This document shows positions 1 to 12,600 of a stretch of 33,907 bases of DNA, in pieces. The notes under the pieces are model-generated. The model made no database searches and was not told the origin of the DNA. It worked only from the letters and a program-made list of their open reading frames with translations. Every line of letters begins with the position of its first letter. Positions within the stretch are counted from its first letter, which is position 1. The stretch lies in contig JAPEUI010000155.1 in NCBI GenBank assembly GCA_026025075.1, forward strand, positions 1 to 33,907, given 5' to 3'. A program made the position numbers and the translations under genes. The stretch is from Vezdaea acicularis. Taxonomy: Eukaryota.

Positions 1-2294
1 CCCTCCACTTTCCCCGCCGCGCGAACGATCCCCACGAATTTCTCCACGCCGCCGACATCCCAGCTGTGACCGTCCCATCCCAGGAGATTGAGCACGGTCT
101 CGACATCCGCGCCTAGCAGCTTACTCTCCAACGAAGCGAGCACGCCGACGGCAGTGCGGATGATCATTTTATCACCCTCAAAGACCATGACGTCCCAGCA
201 GCGCACGCACTCTTCCATATCGAGGCGATTGGTGAAGAGGCAGCGGAGCATGGGGCCGAAGACTTGGTCAGGTTCGAGTTGGAGCTGGGTGAAGAGGCGG
301 GCGTGCAGGAGCGGATACTTGTAGGAGAGGGTGGAGAGGATGAGGCTGTAGGTGCGGGCGACGCCGGAGGGGTCGTGCGTGAGGAAGGAGAGGGGGAGGG
401 GCCGGTTGAGGATGTTGGCTAGGGCGATGAAGGTCTGGGAGGGGGTGGGCAGGGTGAGGAGTAGGAGCGACGCGATCATCTAGTTATATGCCGGTCAGCC
501 AATGCTCCAGAGAGACTGGTGGACAGGAAAAACACTCACTTGCGTGCCATAGCAATACCCCACATCGCTCCTATACGCCACATAGGCCTTCAGCACGTCC
601 CTCAGCTGCTCTCTCAGCGGCCCGCCATCCCCAAACAAGCCCAGCTCCGGCCAGACGCGCCCGACATCTCTGTCGACGGCGTGGAACCATTCTCCCCACG
701 CACTCTCCCGCTCGTCTCTCCTGCCCATGCCCCTCGCTATATTCAGCTCCTCCTCCACGATTCTCGCCCGCGCGAGCGCTGCGTCGTAGCTTCTACCCGT
801 AAGAGCCAAGTCATTGCCAATAGCCTTCTCCCACACAGCGCCACGGCAAGCCGACGGAACGCCGCGCCACCACAGCTCGCGCGTGCGGGGCTCGCACGCT
901 GCGGTGTCGAAGGAGGGGAGGATATATTTCGTCCACAAGTCGATCATGGTCGTTTTGGCGGATTCAGCGGCCGAAAGCTCGGACTTGGCACGCTCCTCGC
1001 GTTGACGCTCGACTTCCTGCGCTTGTGCCATCATCTTCTGATACTCCTTCAGATGCTTGCGCTCTTCTTTCTGTGACTTTGGCGGTAGCCAGCTAGGGCG
1101 AGTACGCGTCAGGACGGCGGCTTTCTCTTTGCTGATGGGAAGGGGGTCGATCATGATCTCGCTTTTTCGTATGGGCGGGAGCTCTAAGATACTAGTTCTG
1201 ACAGGAGATTTGTCTGGAGAGCCAGAACGTGGCGCTGCCTTTCCGCTTTGGATGGCGGCTTCTCGCTCGCGCTCATTGTTCGCTGCATATGCTTCCAGTG
1301 CCGTGGTCAGCGTCTGTGCTTCTTCTGATAGCTCTGAGAGCGCAGCCGTCCACGACTTTGCGCGCGTCTTGGAGTAGAATTGTCGCTCGTGGGATAAAGG
1401 AAAGGAGCCCGTGGAGGCGCCCCGTGAGAAGGTCGGCTTGCTGAATGAGGGCGAGCGAAGGGGATTCGCTCGGTCGTCTGTGGGGACGGAAGACGAGAGA
1501 GAAAATGAGGACGAAGAGAGCGGACTCAGTGCCCTGAGCGAGCTTGGTGAGGGTAGTATCGATGGAGAAGCGGCTGCGGATGCGCTTCGTTCTTGTGGCG
1601 GTCGTGGGGACATGGGGACATTCCAAATCACGGCGTCATCCGGGACTTCTTCGTCAGAGTCATGGCATTCATCCTCCAACTCTGCAGTTGATTTGCGGTT
1701 TGGCTGCCAAGAGCTCCGGCGCGGCTTGAGGACCGGTGAGGGTCCTGATCGCACACGGGGCGTACTAGAAGGCATTGACATCGGTGACAGCGGACAGCTA
1801 CCTGGCTGTGTAGGTGATGGCGACCTTGATCGTTGCTTCTTTGCTAGAGTCATGGCCAGCGAGGGTGCTGAGGGGCTCGTAAGGCCCCTCCTTCCCCCCA
1901 CTGTCAATCCTAACGGCCTCACATCCCGTATCGCACCGTCAACTTGGCTGTTCAAGCTGGGGAACCTGGGGCGTTTTTGAACGGTCAGGTTCCTCATCGA
2001 GCCTGTCGTGGGCGTGCTATTCCTGCTGCCCTGCATAGGTAGCATGGGCCCAGGTCTCTTGGGGAGACTGTGCCGATGATCTATACTCGGGAGGTATGAG
2101 GGCGAATAGGGCTCGAATCTTGGGTAGGGCTGTGACAGCTGTCGCTCGTCATCAAGATTGATATCTTCGAAATTAGAAATGTCGGCAAAGTTCTCTTCGG
2201 CTTCGATCTGCGATGAGCTGTGGAAGGATGACGATTTGGATGACCTTGAGCTGGACAGCTCAGGCGGTGAGCCGGGAGCGGTGGTGATCATCAT
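1..2294 (-). CDS. TBC (Rab-GAP) domain protein with long low-complexity N-terminus; 3' end runs off the window
   Basis: Exon 1 2294-540, intron 539-480 (GTGAGT...GCTGAC...TAG), exon 2 479-<1 open to the edge. TBC motifs: 'RELWWRGVPSACRGAVWEKAIGN', 'VDRDVGRVWP', 'LRDVLKAYVAYRSDVGYCYGTQMIASLLL', 'VRCWDVMVFEGD'. An in-frame TAG at about 2358 upstream supports the start at 2294. Confidence 0.9.
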
Positions 2295-2455
2295 CTCATC
2301 GTCGAATGGCGGCTTTCCCTGCCGCCGGAGAGAGATCTCGAGGCCGGATATCAGAGTCTATGATGAAGGAGTATCTTCAATTCGTGGAGTGCGCTTGCAT
2401 AGCAGTTGAATGCGTCAATTCTGTGCTTCAATTCTTCATAAGCCAAGCCCGGGGG

Positions 2456-2537
2456 CTGATTAGATTAGTTAGAGTGCGCGAACGGGTAAATATGTATTTC
2501 GACAGAAAGGAATGTGCGGAATCTGATCAAGGGTTAC
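2456..2537 (-). other. Probable 5'-UTR intron of the TBC gene
   Basis: Minus strand reads GTAACC...ACTCTAACTAATCTAATCAG: donor, CTAAC branch point and CAG acceptor, 82 nt, upstream of the in-frame stop that precedes the ATG. Confidence 0.45.
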
Positions 2538-3104
2538 GGCCCAGACGCGGGGAGATGCTGGGCATACGGGGCGCAATGCAAATAATAACGGGGGATAAGA
2601 AGCGGCGGAGTGCAGTCCGTAACAGAAAAATGGGTGGTGATGCAAGGCAAGGCGGGCGCGCGCAGGCCAGAGGAGGGAGGGATAACGGGTTTCGACCAAC
2701 CGATGCCCGGTTTTAGGGGGAAGGCAGGGGACGGGGCTTGGCGCAGGCGCGACCACGGTTGCGGTTGGCGCCTCGAAGCCGCCAAAAGATGACGTGAAGC
2801 CGTCGCTGCAAAACAACGTGTCCCGCCATGTCCCCAAACGAAACAGATGTGAACGCGGGGGCAGCCAGACTGCTACTGTAGTTACGCAGCGTCTACCTTT
2901 GTCTCCAATATTATGACAAGTCGCGACGTGCAATGGCTGTTGTGAGGTCTAAGCGTAACGCAACGCGCCACGCCTCAACTCAAACCCTCAGCCACACCTC
3001 GAAAACAAAACATCAGGCCCGGCAGGGCAAAGCTTGTATCCTAGATTAACCAACAAGTAGACTAACGCCGCGGTACCATGGGTATCTGGCATCGCACCAT
3101 AGTC

Positions 3105-6100
3105 TCAATACCTTAGTGAGCCAAACGCCTTATCCCCTATCTGCGCTGCCCGTCTCAGGCGTCGCTTCTCCTGCACCCTTTTCGGCCCCAGCGTCGGAAG
3201 CGCCCGCTCCAACCATTCGAGTACCTCTCCATACTGGCTCTGCTTGCGCTCCAACACCCTCTGAAAGGCCATCAATGCGAGTCTGTGGGAAGTCAGTGAT
3301 GGCTTCGATGCTGAAGCCTACGTGTAGAACGAACCCTTGTACATGTGACTTGCTGACGGCGCATTGAAATGTGTGCGCCGTCGCTTTTTTTTGTTTGCTC
3401 TTCGTCAGCACGAACGCAAGCTCCATCATATCCTGAATTGTTGCTGTGTACCCATCCTATGGTCAGCAGTGTTGAAAGCAAATTAGATGCCAGGCTGCCA
3501 CGCATCTCAAGAGCTGATACGAGGACTGAGGACTTACCGACAATGAGACTAGTTTTAGGTCGTTTGACAGAGGGCAAAGCCCTCATATAGCGATACAGCT
3601 TCATGGCCGCCTCGACAAAATTTTGATAGACGTTCGTGAGTACCGTCATCTGAGAATTGATGCTTGTGTCCAGGAACATGGCGTGGGTTTGAATCTTGAA
3701 GGCACTGTAAAAATATAAGTGGGGGCGTACAGTAGGTCAGCCAACCGTATTACGTACTTCAGGGCTTTCTTATGGAATGATTTGCCTGGTACTTTGGATG
3801 TCTCGACCGTGAGAGAATCGGCAATGGCTATATTGTGTTAGCACTAAGCGATACATCAATGAACGAGTACGGTACAGTTTGGAATAAGCCTCGACCGATC
3901 TTTGCTAAGGTCAAGAGTCCTAGTGTCTAGCAAGTTCCCGCAATATGGGAACTTGTCTCTGTTAGCATGGCGTGGCACCTTTTTTCCGTTGATCATGACA
4001 TCAAAATTGACAAGGCTTTTGTCTGGGTTGACCGCAACACCGTAATCCGTATTTCCGTCGTGCATCACTTGTAAGAACCGTCGTGCGTGATCATAGTCGA
4101 TCGTGACTAAAAGAAAGTCGTCGATAAGCCTGAGTAGGATACTTGTATCGCCAGATAGGAAATTCAAGCAATTTCTCTCGAGCTCAGCGTAGAAGAAGTT
4201 GCATAGCAAGCTGGAGACTACAGATCCCTGAGGGATGCCTTTTCTCTGAATGAAAAGCTTGTTGCCAATCTTCACTAGATTACGACGTATGTGTTCATCT
4301 AGAAGGTCAAGAGTAGAGTCTCTGTCATGAAGCTGATGCACGATCTGATCTACGAAGACCGTGTTCTTCTTTCCTGGCGCGAGATCGCGTGTAACGGTCT
4401 CGGCGAATGGGAAGAAACTCTCTGCTGAAGTCGCCTTGGTGAGGAATCTCTTTGTTGGCTTTGATAATGGCCCTGTTTTCGAGCCATATTGATGAGCGTC
4501 GGGCGCCTTGATTTCCACGTGCCGGTTGAGTCGATACTCGGAAGCACTAAGCAGTTCCTCAACCAACTGCACTACCTTTTGTTGCGGAATGGTATCGAAA
4601 GCCGATTGTACATCCACCTTGGCAAAATAGAGAATGCGATTCGAGTATCCTTTCCTCTTGAGATGCGACTTGAACGTACTGAGTTTAGGATATTGATCTC
4701 CCACCGAGAACATTGAGGCTCCAAGCTTGCCAGGTTGGTTAGTCTGCAGTACAGGTCAGCTTTGCTACTAAATTTGATTTTGTCTTCTTACTCTTTCATA
4801 TGAGAGCACGTTCTGCACCGGGCCCATGACGCTGTTGATGCTGCGTCCTAGAATTGTCCTTCCATTTTGTTTCTTCACCCCCCTCCGACGTAAGTTCATG
4901 ATAGGTCGGATACCGTTCGCCTTTGGCAGCAACCTAATATGGCCAACGCCTAGGGCACGCTTTGCGAGGATCTCGTTCGCTGTGGATGTACCCACCTCAC
5001 TGAAGAGAGAGGCCTTAAGTGATGCCAATGATGGTTCTGACAATGCTCGCCAGGTGTCATGCCGAAAGTAGAACAAGCGGTTGCGATGGGCGCCCGACTC
5101 CGTGACATAGAAATTTGACCGAATCAGGGGAATAAGTAGAGAATCAAAGACATAGTAGACAAACTCGGAGAAGATATCCTGCCGCTTTGTGATATCACTT
5201 TGTGAAACCTTGCAGCGATACAACTCTTCTGACGGAGCGATCCAGGGGATCTCGGTTATCTTGATTCCGTGCATCACTTCGTGCAGAGTCAGACTCTCGA
5301 ATCGCCCTAAGCGGATAAAAATGTGTACTTTATTCATTATCAATTCTTTGTGGCGTGAACCGGCAAGACCGGCGCCCCAGAAATCGTTCGGGATCACTTT
5401 CGATAGAACCGCTCGGCAAAAGGCAGACACTTGCGAGACTGGGGATGCAAATTCCATAAAGGACTTCTTGGAGGTGAGCACCAGATCAGAAGAAGACTTC
5501 AACGTCGCTGGAAAGAGGTTCGGGGCAAAGTCTTCAGGCTTCCGAGTAATGGGTAAGGAATTCCCATCAATTTCAGCCGTTTGCAATGAGTCTGCCTCCT
5601 CACCATCGGACATAGTAGCCGTTGAATTCTGTGACACCTTTGGCATTCCACCAGAGCAGTCCTGCGTCTTACTTGCCACTCGAGGGCAATATGCATCTAA
5701 CATCTTTGTGTACGAGCACCGAGTATGGAGCCGCTGCAGCTTTCGAGTGAGTTCCACTGCTTGTCCACGTAGACGTTTCGGTATCTTTGGTTTGGGACAT
5801 ATCCTTAGGATCTCATCTTCCCGGAGCGAATACTCCACAAAGGGCTTTGCAGTCTCGCTGCGATCGACGTCGGACGTAAAAACGTTGTGAAGGCCGAATT
5901 GACGAGGAAACAGGTATTTCATAAGATGGACTGTCTGGTCCAAGCTGGAGGAGTCAGAGAACCTATTCAGTGCATGAATATGACGGATGCCAACGCGAAC
6001 CTGGCCCTTTCCATTGAAGTCAGGACGGGCATAAAGGATGCGGCTGCGCACAAAGGTGACTGATCCTTTCTTTCGCAGCTCCTGATTTATTGATTTGCTT

Positions 6101-7008
6101 GCCGTAAGATTTTTTCCCCCAACTGCTGAGTTCAGGTCGGCCAGCGGAGTCCCACTGAGCTGAATCAAATTGCCAATTCCGTTTTGAACAGGCGTGAAGA
6201 GGCCACAATCTAGGATTAGTCGAAGCATGATGTGCTCCCCATCTTGGCCGAGTAGAGCAAGAAGATCTACCCATACAGGACTCTTGAGGTAGCTCACGTT
6301 GGCATTGGCAAACAGCGTTAGTAAGCCTGGTGTTCCAGTAGCCTCACCATCATGCTCGATGGCTCTTTTCAAACAGCTAGCTCGTTGGTAGCCATAGCAG
6401 AGGAGATGAGGCGGCTTGATCTCAGATTTGTAGGTTTCATTGAATAGCGTCCAGACAGCATGGTCAACAATCTGTCAGCCACATCAGTATATAGAACTAG
6501 GCTTGAAGGGATGTCATTAATATATGACAGCCTTGAGAGCACCGAGGAACGTTCCGTCGGGTTTGCATGGACTGACCTCAGACTGTGAACGTGTTCCTCT
6601 GCCAGGGCGGTCGTGAGTGGTGGAGTCTACTCCTTGTCGTGAATGGGAAACATCTTTCCCCGCATGGACCTCGAGGTTTTCAGGTCTCTGGTCATACGCA
6701 CCCACCAAAGTCGTGTCCAGCAGCCTACTGAGGGCAGATGCGGGTGTGTCAGGCTCGCTCTGGTCTCCACCGAAGGTCGGGAAAGCCTCAACCTTCCGTC
6801 TCCTACTTCGGGAATTAGGGGGCAACTTGGAGATTAAATACGTCCGGAGCGACGAGACTCGAGGGTAGTAGAAGTCCAGAACAGGGTGGCTTGCATTCGA
6901 CGGCCCCTCGATCTCTTTGGGGCCTTGCTGGTTATAGTCACTGGCTTTCAGACGCTTTCGTGAATCGACCGCATCAGTTGCCCCAGGCCTTTGTCTTTTC
7001 CGCGCCAT
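3105..7008 (-). CDS. TERT: Telomerase reverse transcriptase (TERT/Est2/Trt1), 1167 aa, 7 exons
   Basis: Exons 7008-6577, 6471-4792, 4743-3876, 3827-3758, 3704-3538, 3443-3335, 3282-3105; all introns GT-AG; total 3504 nt in frame. T motif 'FYVTESGAHRNRLFYFRHDTW', motifs 1/2 'IRLLPK..GIRPIMN', A 'KVDVQSAFD', B' 'GIPQGSVVSSLLCNFFY', C 'LLRLIDDFLL', E 'FPYCG'; C-terminus '...AFGSLRY*'. Confidence 0.97.
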
Positions 7009-7066
7009 TCTGGGGAGCAATCCCTTCTCACATAGTGTATGCCTGGTGTCCAATATATCTCAAAGG

Positions 7067-7179
7067 CACGTGATCGAAAGAGTGTCGTGTAGGGGCTAGA
7101 TTAGGGTGCATTCGAGCGGATCGCCGCGATTAGAAACGCGTGGGGCGTTTGACGCGAAGTGGCAGACGCGAGCGCGTTT
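7067..7179. promoter_or_regulatory. TERT upstream region with MCB-like (ACGCG) cluster, CACGTG box and one TTAGGG
   Basis: ACGCGT 7136-7141, ACGCGA 7152-7157 and 7166-7171, further CGCG cores at 7125 and 7173; CACGTG 7067-7072; TTAGGG 7101-7106; all 60-170 nt upstream of the TERT ATG. Confidence 0.55.
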
Positions 7180-9697
7180 GCAGTTCAAAAACCGGTGGGG
7201 CACGCTAGGCTCCATTGGGCGTGAACAAGGTGCCATCCTCCAATGGGAACGTGAGAATTATTGGCCAAGGACAGAAATGGAGCCAGGCAGATTGTGGGAA
7301 AGGGACATTGTTCGATTTTTTCGGCTCAAGTAGAGAGACTCGCGTCAATGGGAAACAGATGGCATGGGCAAGCTTGGCCATGAGTGACGGCCGAGGTATC
7401 ATGACAGCAAGGGTGCCGATATCCGTTAGACACGTCGAGAAGGGCTCAATTGCCAGGGTATCCATGTGGTATAGTGGTGAGACTGGTTACTTGACCAGCA
7501 AGCAGAATAGAAGTCCCTTGTTACACTATCGTTGGGAGGTTGTATGTTGCCCCCATTCCACGACCGCTCCTGAGGCAACCTCCGGACGAACTCGAAAGGT
7601 CATCCAATCGAAACGACCGTCGCACTCGGGCCAAACGATAGAGACATGCTTTCGACGACAGCAGTACGGGTGGCCAAGAACGAGCGCGGGGGACAAGACA
7701 ATTCTCCGCACCTCGGGAAAAAGGAGCTGCCAGGGAGAGGTCCGTGGGGCGGGTGCCAACGCAAAGAATTCTTTTGCTCGAGCGTACTGTAGGATGATCA
7801 ACGCTGCGCGCAATATGCACGCCGGGCTTCCTGCGTCGATGCCAAGAGCTGCAAACAGATCACCGTATCGCAGCACGGAAAAGCGACGGTGATGGTTCGA
7901 GCAGAAGGTGTGAATGTTCTAGAGTTGAATCTCCGCTGTGCGAGAGGCGAGCGGAGGGATCGAGCGGGGAGGAATTCGCGCCCTTCCGCTTGTTTTTCCG
8001 CTCTTTCCGCTGGTTCCACCACTTGCTTCTCGCGGAAAATGTGACTTTGTAATTGAGCACCAATTTTGGGGGACAACAGAAGTAGCTCTTCATCGAGTTT
8101 ATATTTTTCTCCTTTTATTACCCAGCTATTGGTCATGATCACCCTCGTCTTTGGATTTTAGTGGTGTCTGCAGCTCCCAACAAACGCATATTTAGTATCA
8201 AATGCAGTGAGTAGGAAGAAAGGCGGACCACGCCCACTTCCTTCCCTCCCGGCGAGCACTTGATATGCCTTTGAGCATGCAGTACAATCCATTAGTTCAC
8301 CTATGAGCGATGCACTACTCAAGAGTATGTTCATCAAGTGGGAGATAATCAGAGTGGCTGGTGCAGATGGATACAGTGGGCAGATGTCATGCCCTCGGAT
8401 CTAAAAACGGGCGGAAGGATCGCACCGCTCCTCCAGCCAGACGCACGCTCCGCGCCACTCCGCCAATCCCTCTCCGCTAGGATGGAGCGAGTACCGGGTT
8501 TGCGCCGGGCAGGCAGAACGATCTCTCCGCATCGCCGTCATTGGAGTTGCGACAATCTCCCTCCGCCCCGCCATATATAGTCTGATACATATCGCCTCGA
8601 CCTTTCCGTCGCACGATCAAGCATGCGACAGGACAAGGGAGGTCGGAGACGTCACTTCTGTAGCGGCGACGTGATCCTGCATCTTCCACCGTCCCTCTGC
8701 ATGCGCACACCGCAGATTCAGCTGTCGTGCTTGTCTTGTTGTTGATAACGGGCGCGCGGAGAAAATGAGGCCGCGTTCCGTTTGCCGCGGTCTGCGGCGC
8801 TTAGGGTTGTTAGACGCTTCCGAGAATAGCTTGGCCCCTGGTGCCCTAATGTCCCGATGCCCTGATGCTCTAAAGCCCGTCAAGCCCTGCCAGCCCTAAC
8901 CAGAGAAGCCTGATCCCCCCCTTGTCTCGTAAGAAAAGGCGTCGTTTCGACGGACCACACACAGCTTTTGAACTCTGCGCGCGAGGAGCGAGGAAGACTC
9001 CCGCTCCTGTGCGCCATTAAACGCAGGTCAAGGCAGCCGGCAACCCTCCCCCAGCACCCCCGTCCTCGACGCCAGACGCACTGGGCGAGGCCTGCCGCTG
9101 ATTCGCCAAGTGAGGGCCCGACTCGCATTGCCCTCTCTGCCCAGCGCGCTACCACGTCCAACCCACGCCGAACGCCCTCCATCTCCCCAATCAATGCACC
9201 GCAAACCTGCTCCACCAACTCGCGCAACTCTCGACGGTATTCGATCACGCCTGCCTGCGAGGGGCCCACTCGACCGCTTGGCCCAGTCGCGCGAGTATCG
9301 ATCTTTTCTCCGTCGCTGCTCTCGTCCAAGCGTGACTCTCCGTTTTTCTGCCTCGACGACACCACCTCCGAACGACTTCTCAACACCCAGCGACGTGACG
9401 CCGCTCCTCTCGTCGACGTCGTGGTAGCCCGTCCTGTTGCCGCCCTCGCTGCCAGCTATTCTGCTCCTCTCCGACCAACCGCGGCACCGGACTCGATCGC
9501 TGTGCTGTCCTTTTGCGACCGTCCCTCGTCCTGGCGTGCTGGGCCCTGGCGCGAACAACTCATCGCTACCTGTTCTGCACGCGCGACCTGGGATTGGGCA
9601 CACGTCGTTTCTCGCCTGCCAACTAAACCCTCCCCGTCACAGAGCCTCTCTCTCGACCACCGACGTCGAACGGATCTCCTCATGTCCGCGAGTCAGC

Positions 9698-12600
9698 ATG
9701 CCGTCCAGCGACCTCGACCACAATTACTATACCCTCCCCGTCCAGCGTCCGTCCTCGCGCCAGCCGAGCTTGGATCCAGTGCCCCCGTTGGCTGTCGACA
9801 GCGGTGCTGAGGGCACTCGTTTTTACTCCTCGTCACCACCACCACCACCACCAGACCGCCGTGCCGCATCTCCTCCCTTCGACTACACCCCGACCCGAAC
9901 ACCTCAGACCACCCCTCAGCGACCCGTGATCTCCACCAACTTGAACAGCTTCACGTCAAATGCGCACTTCAGCGGTGTCGTGGCGTCGTCAACCCGCGAA
10001 GACAACTCGCCGGACCCACACGAATTCTATCGCCAATTTCAAGACCCATTTCGTTCGAAGGCGAGCGCTCTACCCCTCGAGACCGACCCTTTCGGCGGAG
10101 ATATAGACGACGACATGACGACTTCGTCATACCAGCGGAAGACTGCCGCTTCAGCAGCTCGTTCCCAGCCTGTGACCTCGAAATATCCGGCATACTCGCC
10201 ACGAAATGGAGCTTCCCGACCAACATATCGATCCGCGTCCGTCTCTTCCGACGCCACATCGCCGGTCAACGGTGCAAAGCCCACGCCTGCGCTGTCGAGT
10301 TCGCGCTTGAGACAACCCTCGTTGAAAGATCTGGTGAACCGCTTCAATCAGGCCAGCGAGGAGTCTCAACCGCTAGCACCAAAGCTCACACCCAGATCAC
10401 AATCTCGGAATGCCTCTGCGAATAATGCAAGCTTTCTTCGGAGCCGAACGCCCTCGGGCACAGCACCCGCGCTGCAAACCATGAGCTCGGCTCCGGAGAG
10501 ATCAATAAAACCTACGAAGCAGACGCGGAGGAAACCGACAAATGATGACCTGGACCTTAAAATTCCGTCAATTCAAAAGCGCACAGAGGAATGGGCCGGC
10601 CATGCTATCACGAATAATCAATCCGCTTCTCAATCGCTGTCAGATCTGGCCATGCCCCCAAAGGAACCAGCCCGAAAGCCCCTGTTTGGCGAAGTCCTGA
10701 GCGTCGTACCAGGAATGTCCGATGCGGGGTACGGTATTCCCGGTCACACCAGACGAGGTTCAGATAGCAGTATCTATAGTCCTGGTAGCTCGCGGCATGA
10801 TCGAGGGGAGAGGAACCAGGGGCTGTCGCCTTCATCGCCGACTGCTTGGTATCTTGGCGTAGCTCCATCATTGGACAACGTCAGTGGCAAGCATGGCGGC
10901 CAAGATGGCGGACGCGGCCACCGAAGGGCGCGGAGCGACTTTGCCGCGGACGCATCAGCATCAGCATCAACAACCTCCGCAGGCCATGCTGCGTTCATGG
11001 CGACCATATCACCACCACCGCCCGAAACAGCCTCACCAACGATTGCGAAGCGTAGCGCGCACTCGAAGATACCCCTTAGCACACAGCGGCGACGAAGTCC
11101 GTCTGAGTCAGGAACATCACCACCTTCGACTAGGGCAAGCTCTGCTTTAGGTGCCCCCGTGACCAAGTTCATCTCTCCTCCACGAGGCCAGAGCGCGATT
11201 CCGAGACCGACCACGCCTCCTCGATCAACTCCAAGACGACCAGATGCGAGCCCGAACCGTGACTCGGGACCCAGCCCAAGTCTGAAAGCATACATCACCG
11301 CGCCCATGCCAAAGAAATCTCCTCCCCTACGAAGCTCACGACCCCGCCTGCCAGTGTCAACCGCGTCCTCATCAGCAGCAGCGCCTCGCGTAAAGGTGGC
11401 CGACAAGTTCAGTCCGCAGCAGAGCAGGGAGCATAGTAACACTCAAGAGGGCAAACCTCGCCCGAAACGGCTTCCAGAGCTTGGCGGTGTGGATTTCGCC
11501 GCGCGACGTGAGAGGATACAGCGGGCATTTACCAAGAGCGTTCGGGAAAGTGAAGAGAAGAAACAAGAAATTCAACGGAAAAGGCTGACGCGATTGGCGG
11601 AGAACCAGGCACGGCATCAGCAGATGCATGAAACTCAGATCAAAGAGCTGGAGCCAGATGGGGTCGCGCTGGCTACTGATCACCAGCCAGATGAAGCGAA
11701 GCAAAGTGAATCTGTTGAAGCGAGAGAAGTAAGAAATGAGACGACGGCTGATCTTACGGACCCTCCAATGACACCAGAAATACACCTATTCTTGGAGGAT
11801 TCTCCAGTGGCTGAAAAGCCGTTGACCGTGGACACCCTGCTTCCGTCAATAAGATATCCTGATGATTCCAACCCCTCTCGCCAATTCGGTAGCCCCGATT
11901 CTCCAACACTCGGCATGCCCGGAGGCTTTCCCAGTCCAGACGTGGAGAGAGCGCATGTTCCACTCACCCATGATGATAATCTAACGTCTACGGCTACTGC
12001 GGCTACACCGATCGAGGATGAGCCTCAGACGGAAAAGACATCTCTTGTACCACCCCCGTCACCCGCGCCTAGGCGTACGATTCTGAGTCAGATCATGCAG
12101 ATGCGCCAATCAGACCTTCCGAGCCCAGGCCGGACAGACGGAGAGTATGATGACGCTTCCAACAGGGACGATACGGAGTCCATACAGATCATGCTTGGCG
12201 CAACTCCGGTTGCCAATGACTACGACGAGGGTGGCAACCCCTACCCCTGGGATGCAAGACCAGAGGATTTCAGTGCTCGAGGCGATCGTCCTCGCGGCAG
12301 TTGGAGTACAGCATCTTTCGAATCGCCACGAGACCGTCAATCCTATGACCGGTTTCAATTCTCGATGGAACGCATCAGCGAGAACTCTCCGCCCTTGAAC
12401 AAGACGGACGAGCCTCTATTTTCTTACGAAGATCGATTCTCTGCTGACAAGGGCCAAGTCATGGGCAAGGCTGGGCACGACACGATGGATAGCGAGACTT
12501 ACAGCACGATCAACAAGGTTTTGGAGCAATACCACGCCCCATACCCCGTCAGCTCCGAGATGCTCCAGAGTTTCCAGCAGAAGATGCTGACGCAGTCGCC

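Noticed and set aside
3444..3460. Alternative TAG acceptor 13 nt upstream in TERT intron 5
   Set aside because: It lies only a few nt from the branch point and would frameshift the C-terminal extension; no evidence of use.
3105..7008. Reverse transcriptase motifs as a retrotransposon
   Set aside because: The T motif, multi-intron structure and absence of gag, integrase or LTRs identify it as cellular TERT.
7215..7892. 225-aa ORF divergent from TERT
   Set aside because: Non-ATG start, no recognisable domain, overlapping ORFs of similar quality on both strands; likely a chance ORF.
8801..8808. AACCCTAA on the - strand (and CCCTAACC at about 8894 on +) between TERT and RhoGEF as possible TER templates
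   Set aside because: Only 8 nt, with no visible boundary stem, long arm or pseudoknot nearby; more simply promoter telobox sites or chance matches.
8968..9810. 280-aa ORF upstream of and overlapping the RhoGEF start
   Set aside because: TTG start and Arg/Pro/Ser-rich composition expected from a GC-rich 5' leader; only its last 42 codons are kept as a possible uORF.
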